Shown here piece after piece: positions 1 to 14,821 of a stretch of DNA of 64,000 nucleotides. A program made the translations under genes and the position numbers. Origin of the DNA: the human T2T-CHM13v2.0 reference genome, Homo sapiens; NCBI RefSeq assembly GCF_009914755.1, contig NC_060927.1. One strand, given 5' to 3'. Position 1 is the first letter of the stretch. Every line of letters begins with the position of its first letter. The notes beneath the pieces are model-generated. The model saw only the letters and a program-made list of their open reading frames with translations, was not told the origin of the DNA and did not search any database.

Positions 1-114
1 AAAACTACCTGAATCCCTAAAAAGAGATAGTTTATCAAGATTTACAAATTTAATATTTCTTTCGAATGATTTAGTACATGAATGGCTAAAAATAGGTTTC
101 ATATTTGCTCTGGT

Positions 115-166
115 ATTCACAAACACCAGACTGCAATTCACAAACACCAGACTGCAATTCACAAAC
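115..166. repeat. 21-bp tandem repeat, about 2.5 perfect copies (attcacaaacaccagactgca)
   Basis: Read directly. Confidence 0.95.
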
Positions 167-904
167 GTGATTGCTATGAGACTACTGAAAATGAATATTA
201 GTTATTAGAGAAAAGAAGGTGGAGTTGTCACTTGTGAAGAAGGGGCATTCCTCTACTACTCCCATTTATTTTCCTCTTTAAAAGACTTTAATAAGTGCAT
301 CATTACAGAATGGCATAAAATATGACAAAAAAATCACTAAACTGTGTAACTGCTTAAATAAGGAGAGGAATAAATGTCCACTTTCTAAGTCATTATGTCA
401 TTATACACTGAAATGAGAAGAAAATCTTTGCATTTAGTTTTGAAAAACATCTTGAATATAACAATCAATAATAAGAAAGAAATATTTCTTATAATTATTG
501 CTTCAAAAAGGTATGCTCAGAAAAATGAAATCCTTTTCTAATTTTTACCTGATACTAAATTTTATTTAGCCTGTTTTATATGTCAATTATGTATTTCTGT
601 ATGTATTTAAAGATTCTAGGTTTCATTGTAATGGAGTGATTATCATGGGTACTTTTTTTTTCTTTATAAACCTTTCCAAGGGTAATGATACCTTCACTTT
701 CTTCCATTGCCCTCTCTACCATTTAAAATTTTTGTTACTTTCTTAAAAATTTCCCCCCTTTGGGAAATAATGAAGATGATTCTGCTTAGCTGTGTAGACT
801 CCTGATTCGTAGTAGTGGAATGGGAACTGGGCCAACACATTTAATTTGCATTTCTCCTAGAAAATGTTGCAGACTAACTCTTTAAAAAGCACCAAATCAG
901 AGAT

Positions 905-1080
905 ATATTCTAGGCAACTTGCATCAGAATGGCCTGGGTTGCCTATTAAATATGAAAGTTACTGTGTTCTAGCCAAAAACCTATTGAACCTGACCCTCTG
1001 AGGATGTAGATTAGGGACATCTATTTTTAACAAACAAACTTCCCAAGTGATTCTTATTCACATTAAAGTCTGAGAACACA
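905..1080. mobile_element. MER5-type hAT-Charlie fossil
   Basis: tgcatcagaat…tttttaacaa…cccaagtgattcttattcacattaaagtctgagaac motifs. Confidence 0.65.
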
Positions 1081-1571
1081 AGCTTATATATAGCCTACCT
1101 CATTTAAGTCCTAGGAGTGTTGCAAATGTATTATGATACAGTTGCAAAGAATAAAAGAATGCCCCTCATCCATAGGGGGAACTTGGGAAATCTTAGCTTA
1201 AAAACCTCTACCAATTAAGATTCATGAGTAGAAATGGTTTGTTTATAGAAAGATTTTGCCTGGGTCATTAATTTTTAGGAAGGCTTATAATCTTTTAGGA
1301 GTTAGATTCATATGGAAATACACAAGGGTTTGCAGACTGACACTAAAATGAACAGCTGAGTGCTTAAGTGTGGTAGGAGACATTAAGAAAACAGAATGCT
1401 TGTTAGATAAAATGTAATGTTGAGGAACAACTGTCCTCCAGGTATCTATTTCCTTATAAAACACTTGCAAATGATTTTTCTAATAGCAAATCATGTATAC
1501 AGTTTTTCAAGACTATAAGTATATTAAATAGCATTTTCATATTTTTCCTTTGGCAGCACTCCTTTGATTTC

Positions 1572-1829
1572 TTTATTTTTAAGTAAAAATAATGTATTTC
1601 CTAGGGGATGACAATAATGAAAAGCTTAGTACCTAAAAAATATAGCAAAGGGCAAGCATAGGCACTTTAGAAACTCAATTTTGCATTTTTAACTTGGGAA
1701 GATTTTGATCTGATGTAATATAAGTTGGTATTTTAATTTCCAAATGTATTTAATTTTGTACACTTAAAATATATTCTAAACTTACATATTCTATACTTAT
1801 GATTTGCCTAATATTATTAAAACTTTCTT
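1572..1829 (-). pseudogene. Terminal exon (…RRKF-stop plus 3' UTR)
   Basis: Acceptor aaacatcttttgcag|A AGA AAG TTT TAA (stop at 1817-1819). Minus-strand ATTAAA at 1749-1754 and 1732-1737, AATAAA at 1572-1577. Confidence 0.55.
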
Positions 1830-1997
1830 CTGCAAAAGATGTTTAATATTACTGTAACCAGAATACCATCATTCCAGTACCTTGATGATTTAGAGAAAAT
1901 CGAGATTAATGCTTTACACAGAATATTAGAACATGTTATTCATCTTGTGACAGCTGATATTATTGCTGGAGTAGACAATACAGCATCGCAAACCTAC

Positions 1998-2034
1998 CTT
2001 ACGTCTATTGGTGCTACTATATAATCTACTGTGT
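1998..2034 (-). pseudogene. 37-nt exon, (N)TVDYIVAPIDV(R), phase 1 to 2
   Basis: gactttcag|ACACAG…GACGTAAG|gtaggt; open and phase-compatible with both neighbours. Confidence 0.6.
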
Positions 2035-2489
2035 CTGAAAGTCACAATTTACACTTGCTATGCGAACATACTTATTCATACTGCCCCCTTCGCTCTCAAG
2101 TATCCTGGTTTAGATAAATTATATGCTCACCCTAAATTTGACATCCTTACATACTTGGAATTACAAGTCTCTTCTCCTATCTAAACATTTTCACAAATCT
2201 GTTCTTTTATCAGCATCCCATAATAGGTAGCAAAAGCACTGTCACAAGAGAAGGGAGGAAATTGGTCTTCTAGTTTGACCTTCTCCCTCAGTTTGGAAAT
2301 GTTTGCACTCACAAGTCACATTACCTCTTGTTGGCTCTTGGCCTCATGTACTGTATAACGCCAGAAGTAGAAAAATGTCCAGATTCATCTGTGCTCCTGG
2401 TGTCTTGGTAAAGGACGTATTGCTTGGATCTGGACCCAGACTTCACAGAGCCCCTTATCAGTAGTGCATACGAATATAAAATAGTAGAA

Positions 2490-2690
2490 GTGTTTTAACA
2501 TAGTGGTTGAGATCTTAGCCTCTGGAGTTAAACAGACCTGGGTTTGCAACGCGGCATCTTCATTTAATCTTCCATTTCTCTGTAAAGTGGGAATATTAAA
2601 AGTCCTTTCTTCATTTCTCATAGGTCTGTTGTGAGGTATTATTGAGATAGGAAATTTTTCATAATACATTACACACAGTACCTATTATTT
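2490..2690 (+). mobile_element. MIR SINE
   Basis: tctggagttaaacagacctgggttt…ctgtaaagtggga…gttgtgagg core. Confidence 0.75.
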
Positions 2691-3109
2691 TGACTGCTAC
2701 TGCCACCACCACAATTATTGCTACCAAGACTCTTGCTCCTTCTAAATAAATTATACACTTCCCATAAGAAAATTTGAGAAATAGTTTAAGTTTAAAAGGA
2801 TATATGTGATCATTATTCCTATCTGTTGCCTTGTTCCAGATAAATTGCAGAGTTACATAATCCATTCTTGCATTCAGTCAGCAAATACATACTGGCTAGG
2901 TCAAGAAAGAATATAAAGAAAAGAATAGTGACATGTGTGTGATTTTACTTTGGTTGCTGGGGATATTTCATCACAATTAATTTTAACCATCATCCCACAC
3001 ACTTTCCCTATAAATATCAATATTTAAAATTGATAACTTTGATAACTAAACCTTGTTCCATCCTGCCAAATGGAGGAGATATTAGGAAAAATTCTTTGTA
3101 TCAGCTATA

Positions 3110-3450
3110 CACTGCTGGCCTCTTCCAGGCTTACTCATGTAGCTGCATACAGCACACAGGTTGCCTGGGGATTTGGCTTAGCTGAGGATGCTATGATGGT
3201 TAAGTCTCCCTCTTCATGTGGTCTTCTGTCCTCAAAAGAGACTTTGCTTGGTGATAGCAATGTTTCAAGAGGGCAAGCCCCAGTATGAAAGGACAGTCAA
3301 ACCTCTGCTTGGGTCACGTTTGATGATGTCACATCAGCCAAAGCAAATCACGTGACCAAGGCCATAGTCATTGTGTGAGGCGAATACACAGAGTAAAAGT
3401 ATCAGGAGAGTTGTCTTATTGAGAGACATCAATAAATGCACCTACCACAA
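3110..3450. mobile_element. Old MLT1-type (ERVL-MaLR) LTR
   Basis: gccaaagcaaatcacgtgaccaag…ctaccaca motifs. Confidence 0.55.
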
Positions 3451-4074
3451 CTATCATAATCACAGTTATTATTTTTGATAGAAAGGATATACTCATAATA
3501 TGTATATAAGAGTGGGATATTTTGACCAGGCTTTATAGCTGAGCTAGATATTAATTCTCCTTCTACTTCTGCATGAAAGAACTTCCTGTGTTATTTCTAA
3601 GAACAGAGGGGAGAATTGAGCATTCTTGTAATGGAGCTTTAATTTAGACCCTTATCCTTTATCATGGGCAGGCACTAAAGTTTCCATCTCTGTACAGAGA
3701 GTAAGATGAATCATCTGCTTTTATTCTGTTCTTGGGCCTATTATATGTTGCATTCTCATTTTTTTCCTAAATAATAATATTGACTTTTATATGGATTTCC
3801 TATTTTAATTTAAACAACATTTTCACCACAGTTTTTAGTTGTAAAAGTGAAAATAATTTATAGTATTTAAGACCATTGCAGAGAGAAATAGGTAATCAAT
3901 TTAACTATGTCATTATAAAATTTAATAATCTGTATTTGTTTTTATAAACATTACCACGTTTACATATACAAAGGTATGCATGTTTATATATAAATATGTG
4001 AAAAAAATATATATATAAAGCCAACCAGTGCTTTTTACCTGAAACCTAGAGTAGCTAGTATCATCTAAGAGTAA

Positions 4075-4408
<334 letters not shown>

Positions 4409-5626
4409 TAATCAAGTTCTTTTATTGTTACTTTCAATATAGGTATTCAAATGATTTTAATTACTCAGGAGCTTAAATTCTCTTATTAAAGTGAATTTCT
4501 CCTTAATCACTTTTTGCCTACAACTGGACTTTGAAAAATATATAAAGATCCGTGAATCAATTCCACTGATTTAAAGGGTGTTCTAATAGAGGTAGCTTGA
4601 ACAAGACTTCTTAGTGATTTATCTTATGTCAGTAAGATTGTTTTTATATTTTATATGCAAAGTGATTTATCAAAAACACAAAAGACTCAGACAAATCCTG
4701 GAGGGAAAATGTCTTTCTGATCTCAGGTTAACCTCAAGAGCTTGGGTTATTCATTCTACAACTGGGGCAGCATGGAGGAGTCGGGGGACGCAGATTATCT
4801 CTGCCTGAACAGCGGAGTCTTTAGATCAAACACCAAAAATAGGAGATGAGGAAAAAGACAAGCCTTAAGTAAAATATACAAAAGCAAAGCAGCTGGAGAA
4901 TAAGAAAACTATTGTTTTCTTGGATGTAGGAGCAAAGAGAGGGACCCCAGAAGAGAGGAAAGCAAATATATGCCTCTTAGTATCTGATTTTCAGAGTCAT
5001 TGAACTAGGTCTCTGAGAATCAAATTTTTCTTCTCAAATGATTTTTCTTTGTAATAATAGCCTATGCAAAATAAAACCAGCTGCCTCAAAGGAAAACACA
5101 CATCTTTCCTTGCATTCCAAATGCTTTGATTGGAAAGGAAATCTCAGACCTCTTAGGGCATTCCTGTCTCTTGGGGAAGATTATCATTTTACGATTTGAT
5201 AAGTGTAACACACATTGAAATTCCTGCAAGATGTTTGACTAGTATAGGATTTCATATTTTCAGTCATTAGAATGAATAAATTATTTCAGATATATTATCA
5301 TCAAAGGTATTGTAATGTGGGGACACAGGAAAAATTCACTTTTCACCTATGCATTCCTGAGAGCTAAAAAACAAATTAGATCATCATAGATCAGCTCATA
5401 TTTTCACCCACACAATTTTGTTGTTGTGAATTTTATTTTTATTCCTGATTTATTTTATTCCTGATCAATTTAGCACCAGAGTCATCCTAGATACACATAA
5501 TATAATAAATATAATGATAAGTGTAACTTTCAAAAGAATTTATAATAAATAAATATTCATAATTATTCAAATGTATTTCTCAAGTACAAATGTGTTGAGC
5601 ATATCCATAGTAAAATAAGAGCTAAT

Positions 5627-5982
<356 letters not shown>

Positions 5983-6228
5983 TTAAATCCAATACTTTCT
6001 TTATATCATTTAATCCTCTGTTAGACAGTATGCTCTTACCATACACAAGAAAACTGAAGTTAAATAATCAATATGGTATAGAGAGTAACATTTGAATTAA
6101 TATTAAATGCCTTATTATACTCTGAGCTATAATTGAAGTAAACTAAGGTATTACAGAATATATATACAGAATAAAAAGTAATTTCATCATTTCATCAAAT
6201 GAACATATATATTACAGTGAGAACTTAC

Positions 6229-6306
6229 TTTTAATTAACAACCATGCTACCTCTCTGAAATTTAGAAACACTGCTTTGTGGCTGATTTGAATGACCCAAA
6301 TATCAG
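6229..6306 (-). pseudogene. 78-nt exon, (S)DIWVIQISHKAVFLNFREVAWLLIK, phase 1 to 1; alternative AAG acceptor gives a 121-nt exon from 6349
   Basis: cacttttctcag|CTGATATT…ATTAAAA|gtaagt; open; resembles the last RGS helices (F…I/A-F/W-x-L-M/I). Confidence 0.65.
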
Positions 6307-6420
6307 CTGAGAAAAGTGCCATGAATTTCTTGTTTTGTTTACAAATTTCCTTGTAACAAACAAAGAATTACACATTTAGAATGATTCATTAATTAATATG
6401 CTACATTATTAAAGAAAGTC

Positions 6421-6755
<335 letters not shown>

Positions 6756-7549
6756 TCAGCCCAAGAACCTAGTTAATAAACCCAAGGATAAAAAGCTTAG
6801 CATAGAGAAACAGGTAATGGTGGCTTGGGTGGTTCAGAAATGTCAGTAGAATAAAGACTTGCCAAATCTTGGTAACAGACATTACAAAATTAGGTAAAGA
6901 AGAAGTAGCTAAAGGTTTTCTTATAGGACCCAAACACCAAGAAATGAGATGACAGGAATTGTATGTGGTATGTAGATTTTATGAGAGGTGGAGTTACACC
7001 TGGAGGTGGACATGAATTGTATGCTTAAGAAGAACTAAGCAGGAATGAGAACTATGAAAGTTTTCCTTTAAACTTAGGACTAAAGTCAGAATGTAGTTGA
7101 GACAGAGGTACATACGGGGAAATGGGGCAACATTGAACTGGAGAGCCAGGTGAAGGTGTTACTGCCAGAGAAAGTGGTCATATCCAAGTATACAAAAAGC
7201 CACATTCTGTACTTTGGGCCCAGAGCCTTTTTCCTCTTGTTCTTGTACCTCAAGTAGATGTTGATCAGCTTAAGTAATTGCAAGGATCAGCCCTGTATTT
7301 CTTCAATAATTATAGAATTGGAAATCATAGAAAACAATGTTTGGTTTAAAATGTAAATAACACTACCACTATATGTTTATGGTAAGGTAGGATGGGAAAA
7401 TAAACTCGGGAAATAGGGGATGAGAAGGTAAAAAGAAATAAGACTGTGCTTTGGATGTCCTATCTCTGAAAGTGGCTATCTCTGAAAGTCACTTAAACAA
7501 TGATGCCCTGTAAGAAGCCAAGATAAGGCAGGGAATAGGAAAGAAGAGA

Positions 7550-7900
7550 GTTCATTCACTCATTCATTCATTCATTTAACAACTGCTGAAACGCATACTA
7601 TAGTATGTGCTATTATACTATAGTATGTCCTGGGTGCTGGAAATACAGACATAAAAAGGCATACTATTTACCTTCAAGAGGCTCCCAATTTAGTTGGGGA
7701 GGTAGATTTGTAAAGAAAGAAAACAAAAATTATATTACAGAAATATTTATAGTATGAGTGTGAGAAGATAGGAGACACTAGTTCAGCCTTAGTCCTTGGG
7801 GAGTAGAAGAGAGAAAGGAGGTGAAGATTCCCAGTGACTATATAGCTTCATTGTATCTTGAAGAATGAACAGGGATAACACAATCATACAAGTGTATAAT
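7550..7900 (-). mobile_element. L2 3' fragment
   Basis: (cattcatt)n…aacaactgctgaa…tgggtgctggaaataca. Confidence 0.6.
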
Positions 7901-8189
7901 GGAGAATGAGTATTATAGGAATACAGAGTGACACATTATGCAGCCTATAGTTGTGATGTAATATAACATGTTTAGGAATTGAAAATATCACATTGATGGA
8001 TGTATCAGTCAGGGTCTAATAAGGAGACAGAAACCACATAGTAAATTGGACAGGAAATGTTTATATAAAAATTAATTATAACAGGACTTGAGTAAGAAGA
8101 GATTGGCTAATAAGAAGTAAAGAGAACTATAAAGATGACTAAATAGCAGAAGGCAGAGCCACCACCCCTAAGGCTGAGATAGGGTTCCC

Positions 8190-9560
8190 GAGATAGAATG
8201 GGAAAAAATTTTGCAATCTGAATATCTGACCAAGGTCTAACACCCAGCATCTACAAGGCACTTAAACAAATTTACAAGAAAAAAGCCAATAATCCTATTA
8301 AGAAGTGGGCAAAGGAACACTATATGGTTTGGGTCTGCCCCAACCCAAATCTCACCTTGAATTGTAGCTCCTATAATTCCCATGTGTTGTGGGAGGGACC
8401 CAATGGGAGATAATTGAATGATGTGGGCGGTTCCCCCATACTGTTCTCATGGTGGTGAATAAGTCTTATGAGATCTGATGGTTTTATAAGGGGAAACCCC
8501 TCTTGCTTGGTTCTCATTCTCTCTTGCCTGTCACCATGTAAGGTGTGCGTTTCACCTTCCACCATGATTGTGAGGCCTCCCCAGCCACATGGAACTGTGA
8601 GTCCATTAAACCTCTTTTTCTTTGTAAATTACACAGTTTCAGGTATGTCTTTATCAGCAGTGTGAAAACGGACTAATACAGATGTGAACAGACACTTCTC
8701 AAAAGGAGATATACATGTGGCCAACAATTATATGAAAAAAAAAAGCCTAACATCACTGATCATTAGGTAAATGCAAATCAAAACCACAATTAAATACCCT
8801 CTCATACCAGTCAGAATGGCTATTACTAAAAAGTCAAAAGCAACAGATGCTGGCGAAGTTGTGGAGAAAAAGGAATGCTTATACACTGTCGGTGGGAGTA
8901 TAAATTAGCTCAACCATTGTGGAAGACAGTGTGGCAATTCCTCAAAGACCTAGAGACAGAAATATCATTTGACTCAGCAATCCCATTATTGAGTATATAC
9001 CCAATGGAATATAAATCTTTCTATTATAAAGATGCATGCATGTGTATGTTCATTGCAGCAACTATTCACAATAGCAAAGACATGGAATTAACCCAAATCC
9101 CCATCAATGATAGACTGGATAAAGAAAATGTGGTACATATACACCATGGAATACTATGCAGCCATAAAAAGGAACAAGATAGTGTCCTTTGCAGGAACAT
9201 GGATGGAGCTGGAATCCATTATCCCCAGCAAACAAATGCAGGAGCAGAAAACCAAACACTGCATGTTCTCACTTATAAGTGGGAGCTGAACAATGAGACC
9301 ATAGACACAGGGAGTGGAACAACACACACTTAGGCCTATGGTGGGGAAGAAGGGAGGGAGAGAATCAGGAGAAATAGTTAATGCATGCTGGGCTTAGTAC
9401 CTAGGTGATGGGTTGATAGTGCAGCAAATCACCATGGCACACGTTTACCTATGAAACAAACCTTCACGTTCTGTACATATACTCTGGAATTTAAAATAAA
9501 ATTTAAAAATATAAAAGAAAGGACAGGAGAAGCATAAAAAATAGTTAAATAATTAAAAAA
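8190..9560 (+). mobile_element. Old L1PA-type 3' end, interrupted by a THE1 LTR
   Basis: ORF2 C-terminal peptides ([31 protein letters not shown]), 3' UTR and A-rich tail. Confidence 0.9.
8320..8680 (+). mobile_element. THE1-family solo LTR
   Basis: atatggtttg…cccaaatctcaccttgaattgtagctcc…gtgaaaacggactaataca. Confidence 0.9.
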
Positions 9561-10269
9561 AGAAAACCCTTCATCTTCTAGTGTCTCTCCAGCGTACACT
9601 TCTGACAGAGCTTAAAATCATGTCAGCTGGTAAGTAAAAAAAATAATTGAATGCCCAAGCTCAATTTTTACAAAACAAGCAATGAAGAATGATTTTGGAG
9701 TTCAAGGGCAATAAATTGATAACTGGAACAATGGATTAAAAGGTGCTTGGAAATATTACAAATGGTGTAGGAGAGAAGCCAAGTTCAGATGGTTGTGGAC
9801 ACAGAAGAGACAAGGGCTCAGGAAATTTCATAGTCCACATTCTGTGATGTATGAGAGAATCTTGGTTCTGGATCCAGCATCTTATAAAAATAGATATCTA
9901 CTTGCTAAATTTTTGCATACACTCAGACTGCACAGCTAAATCTAAGGAAGAAAACTTGTGTACTGAATTTGTCATGGAGTTAGCTCAGTTTTTCTTTAAT
10001 TCTCAGTTCATATAGAATCCTCAATTTATTTGAACCATGTGTGACAATATGAATATCAAGTTTTATCATTATTTGAGGTAAATAATATAAAGTGATCAAT
10101 GATTACATGTGTGCTCCTGTCAGATTTTCAGAGAGGCTCACCCTCACCCAAAAATCCTAGCAAGATTATATTCTTCCAGAATGCTCTAAAGAGCCAACTT
10201 CTCTTTCTTCCTAATATTTACTTCAATTCATAATAACATATTAATGCACAGTGTTTGATAAAGTCTGTA

Positions 10270-10400
10270 TTCCTCACTAAACTGCAAGCTTCAAGAGATC
10301 AGAGACTATTTTTGTTCTCTGTAATTTTCTGAATATCTGGTCCAGTGCCTGACACATAGTAGTATGTCAATAATATCCATTTCTTTAATGAATAACTGAA
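10270..10400 (+). mobile_element. L2 3' fragment
   Basis: cactaaactgcaagct…cagtgcctgacacatagtag…aatgaat. Confidence 0.6.
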
Positions 10401-13400
10401 CAAATCATTTAGGTTTTGCTGAGATGATCTTGATAACCCAGAAAAACCTGTCTTTTCTTATTAGTGCCGTTTAGAGGTAATGACATTTACATTAATGTCC
10501 TTTAAGTCGGGAGTACTTCTGATACCAAGTGATACTGGTCAGTGCTTTTCCTATTTATATGTGTTAATTACATATGAGGGTCCACTCCCCTTTTTCTCAC
10601 AATTGCTGCCTCTGGAGAAAGCTCCTGTACTTCACAAACCACATTTGCTTCATCGTGACTGCTGCTTCAGGATTCTTCCTTTTGACTGTTCTCAGAAAGC
10701 AAATAAATGGAAAGGAGAAAAGACTTGATTAAATTCTCAATTTTTTTCATGGTTGTTTACTGCTCTAACCTATTTAAAATGTATATACTCAATTTAGGTG
10801 AAGTATATTTGGGTTTTGAAAAATTTGCTGCCGATAGAAAATATATACCTGCTATGAAAATTAATACCTTAAGCTGTGACTGTCAAAATTCTTTGAACTA
10901 ATGGGCCTTTACAGAGAGTGCATTATTTAGAATCGTTTAAAAGATGCAAACAATGCACGAGGAGATTCATAAAGCTATAAAATTATTCTAAGCCAGAACA
11001 GAATTTCCCTGATCTTTAAAGGGATTTAGCTATTAATTTTTAAATGCTGAACATAGTTGACATTTCAAATTGAATTGTTACTGAGGTAATCACATTGAAT
11101 CTCTTGGTTAAATGTTCAAAGTAGAGTCCATGAAATATGCATGTTACCAAATCAAGGCAAAGAGTCTTTCTTCAGAATACATGATTTTTATTTAGATAAA
11201 ATATTAGATGCCTTTTATTTTAAAATAAAACTATCTCTTAATAGGAAGATGCACTTACTCTTCAAAGAAAACCTGTGTGTAGAACTCAAGGGGTTTGTGC
11301 AATGTTTACTCTACAATTCAACTCATTGCATATCCATTGTTTGTGAAAAAGTGAACTGAAAACTTGTAAGACTCGATTTCTGATATCAAGATACTTAGAC
11401 TCTGATAGTATTGGGAAAACACACTATTTCTAGGAAGTATTACATATCACAAATATTTTCCAAGATCAAACTTCCCAAAGTGTAGTATTGATAATTTTGT
11501 TGTCACATTAAATGAGTTTATGTCATACATGAGCCAACATGTTATAATTTTAATTCATTTTTAATTTTGTATTAACTGTCTTCCAGTGTGTTCAGATCAT
11601 ATGATACTATTTATTTTTAGTAACTCTCTAAAGTTTAATTTTTAAAGAAATATTTGTAAAAGCAACTTGATTTTTTTAAAAAAATCCTAGTAAATAATAA
11701 TACATATGGCATGCAGATGCTCACAACTATAAAATGATTAATGAATGGTAATTGAGAAACAACTCTAAAAACTCTTTTTAATACAAGTTTACTAGCACTC
11801 CTTTTAATATTAATAATACCTTCATGTCAGTGATTTTAGAAGCTCATGATGGGTGTTCAATAAATATTTGTTGAATGAATTAATGAATAATGTGATTTTA
11901 GAAATTTATATTTCTAATAAAATCAAGGAGGGGGTACACCTAGTGCATTTAATTTTTAGTTAGATCTTGGTAATTTGTTTTGAATTAAGAGTGTTTCTTC
12001 TACCATAGGCCTGACAGAATATTTGGCAATGCCTATTTTTCCAGGAACTTCTATGCCTATTTTCCTAATAGGATCTCCTCGACAGAAGCTACACAGAATA
12101 TAATAAAATATTTACAAAGCAATAACAAAAGTGAAAATTTCTCTAATAAATACTAGATATAGGGATTACACAATGTATTAATTAAAGGTACTTTTATATA
12201 TTTGAATATGAAAATGTCATTTATACTATTGACTTCAGTTATTAAATAGGTCATATGTCCTGAGGTTTTAAGGTTTTAGGAAAGCTAGAGAAGAGAAAGG
12301 TTTCATAAAATATTTCCAGGTAAGTCCTGCAGGAGACATACCAGTGTTCCAAATGGGATGAGTTTCTGCTGATAAGACCCAAGAGAAGGAGAGGTTTATC
12401 TTATCAAAACAGATGTCAGTGGCTACTACCTTTTCCAGTATTTTGCAACAAGCAGCCTCACTGGAGTCTTCTCAGCACAGTAAACAGTCGGCTATTTAGG
12501 AACTGTAGAGATTTCAGGGCAGAGATTATTTACAGGTATCTGTTTTCATTTTTTTCATTGTTGTTGTTTTAATGATGCTAACTCAAAAGCCAAATTTTAC
12601 ATGCCTGAGCACTAAATGTTCCTTGAGTATGCTCAAATGACTGTAATAGCAGACAGGACATATCCAGAGATAATTAAAAAGAAAAGAATTATGATGATAA
12701 ATCAAAGTGATCTAACAGGGGAGACAGAATATAGAGGCGGACTCCTAGTTGAACAATTTAATAGGTCAAGAGGGAAGTCTCTCTCTTTTTTTAATCTGAG
12801 ATCTCTCAGAATGGTATTTAATGTAATGTGGTTCACCAGATAGAAGACTTTTTTCTTCTTCTTAGTATACCTTTTATTTTGTAAGCCTTTTCCCTTTGTC
12901 CTCAGTTATTTTAAGTAAATAATGGTAAATTTCCAAAGTGTTCATAATTTAGTTTTTGTTGCCTGCCAGTGTCCATCTGCCTTAGGCAAAAATTTAAATT
13001 GCATACTTTACATCATAAATTCACATCCTATAATCTCTTGAATATTAAATTTGTTTAATAGATGTTTACCATGGACTGGATAATACTGTGTTATATCAGT
13101 AGTACACAGGTGAGTAAAAGACAATCTGTGTTCTAGGATCTTCAAATTTAGGAGAGGGAAACTAGTATTTTCAAACTTCTATATTTTAGTTTTGAAATGA
13201 GAGATATATAAAGATTGTAATTGAAACGTGAAAGCTAGACATTTGGATCTGATGCTGAAAAGAGAAGAGTGAAGTAAGTAGAATCTAGGCTATTATGGAA
13301 GAAATGATTGAGACTGAAATTATCAGGAAAATATATATATATATATACCAAAGAGAAGCAATAGTAGGATAAAATAGGGAGCCAAGGAGGGAATGGAAGA

Positions 13401-13651
13401 GAACCCAAGCCAAGTGGCATAAGCAAACTCAGAGAAGATGGCATGTAGTAACATTAAAGAGGAGCAATTTTCAAGAAGCAGAGGGGTAGAATGAGGAACA
13501 AGAATAAGACACTGACAACTTGACCTGATTAACATTTGAGACAACCATTTCTATAGTAAGGGGAATGGGTTGTGGGAAGAAGGCAGGCTGATTACTGAAG
13601 TGTCAAGAAGAGAGAGGTAAGTAGCACTAGTTCAATAAAGACTCAGGGATA

Positions 13652-13970
13652 GGCCAGGCATGGTGGCTCATTCCTGTAATCCCAACACTTTGGGAGGCTG
13701 AGGCAGGTGAGGATCTCTTGAGGCCAGGAGTTCGAGACCAGCCTAGCCAACATGACAAAACTCCATCTCTAATAAAAATACAAAAATTAGCTGGGCACCA
13801 TGGCACATGGTTACTCAGTGGCTGTAATCCCAGTTACTCAGGTGGCTGAGGCAGAGAATTGCTTGAACCTGGGAGGTGGAGGCTTCAGTGAGCAGAGTTC
13901 ATGACACTGCACTCCAGCCTGAGTGACAGAGCAAGACTCCATCTCAAAAAAAAAAAAAAAAAAAAAAAAA
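13652..13970 (+). mobile_element. Alu (S/J)
   Basis: Full Alu; TSD aaagactcagggata / aaagagtcagggata. Confidence 0.95.
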
Positions 13971-14429
13971 GAGTCAGGGATAAAGAATCATTTTGGTTTT
14001 TGGTTGTTTAATGGTGGAAAAATTTTACTCAAGTATTTTTATATGAGCTGATAGGCAGAAGCCAACTGAAACAAGAAAGTGGAAAATTCTAAAAGTAAAC
14101 GACGGAACAAGGATCAGGGAGGGTTGGGACAGGATCCAGAGTATAAGCAGAGGTGTTTGGTATGAAAGGAAACTTAAGCGCCTTTCTCTGAGATGGGACT
14201 ATGATAATGGAGGCTTACAGAAAGAAGCTGAAGGCCTGAAATATAGCTGTAAGAAGAGAATAGTCAGCAAGCGACAGATGAATAAATTGCCTTTGTCCAG
14301 AGCACCTAGAACATGAGTATATGCATTCCCACTATTAGTAGTTGTGTATAAAAAGAAATACTTCTTGACTGAAAATAAGAGAGTTTTGAGGAACATGTAC
14401 ACACTCACACACACACACACACACACGTT

Positions 14430-14780
14430 GCAATGGACTGAATGTTTTACCCCTACCCCACAATTCATATGTTGAAACCCTAACCCCAGTGTGATAGGAA
14501 AGGAGGGCTTGTGAGGGAATTAGATCATGCGGGTAGAACACTCATGACAGAACTAGTGTCCTTATAAAAGAGTGAGAGGCCCCACTCTCTTTCTACCGTC
14601 TGTGGACATAAGGAGAGATCTCCAGTCCACAACCTGGAAAAGGACCCTCACCAGAACCTGACTATATTGACACCCTGATTTCAGACTTCCAGCCTCCAGA
14701 AATGTGAGAAATAAATTTCTGTTGTTTATAAGCCACCCAGTACATGGCAATTTGTTACAGCAGCCCACACTGAGTAAGGC
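14430..14780 (+). mobile_element. MLT1A-type LTR flanked by (CA)n-like tracts
   Basis: tggactgaatgt…ttcatatgttgaaaccctaacccc…aataaatttctgttgtttataagccaccc. Confidence 0.85.
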
Positions 14781-14821
14781 GCACGTGCGTATACACACAC
14801 GCACACATACGCACACACTTA

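Larger units (their letters stand above)
8001..9730. mobile_element. Ancient LTR (pieces ~8001-8190 and ~9565-9730) split by an L1
   Basis: Starts tgtatcagtcagggtc…gagacagaaacca and ends …gataactggaaca (TG…CA); family uncertain. Confidence 0.45.

Noticed and set aside
5347-5363. 17-nt minus-strand micro-exon candidate
   Set aside because: Weak donor, and it would break the frame between exons 6229 and 2034.
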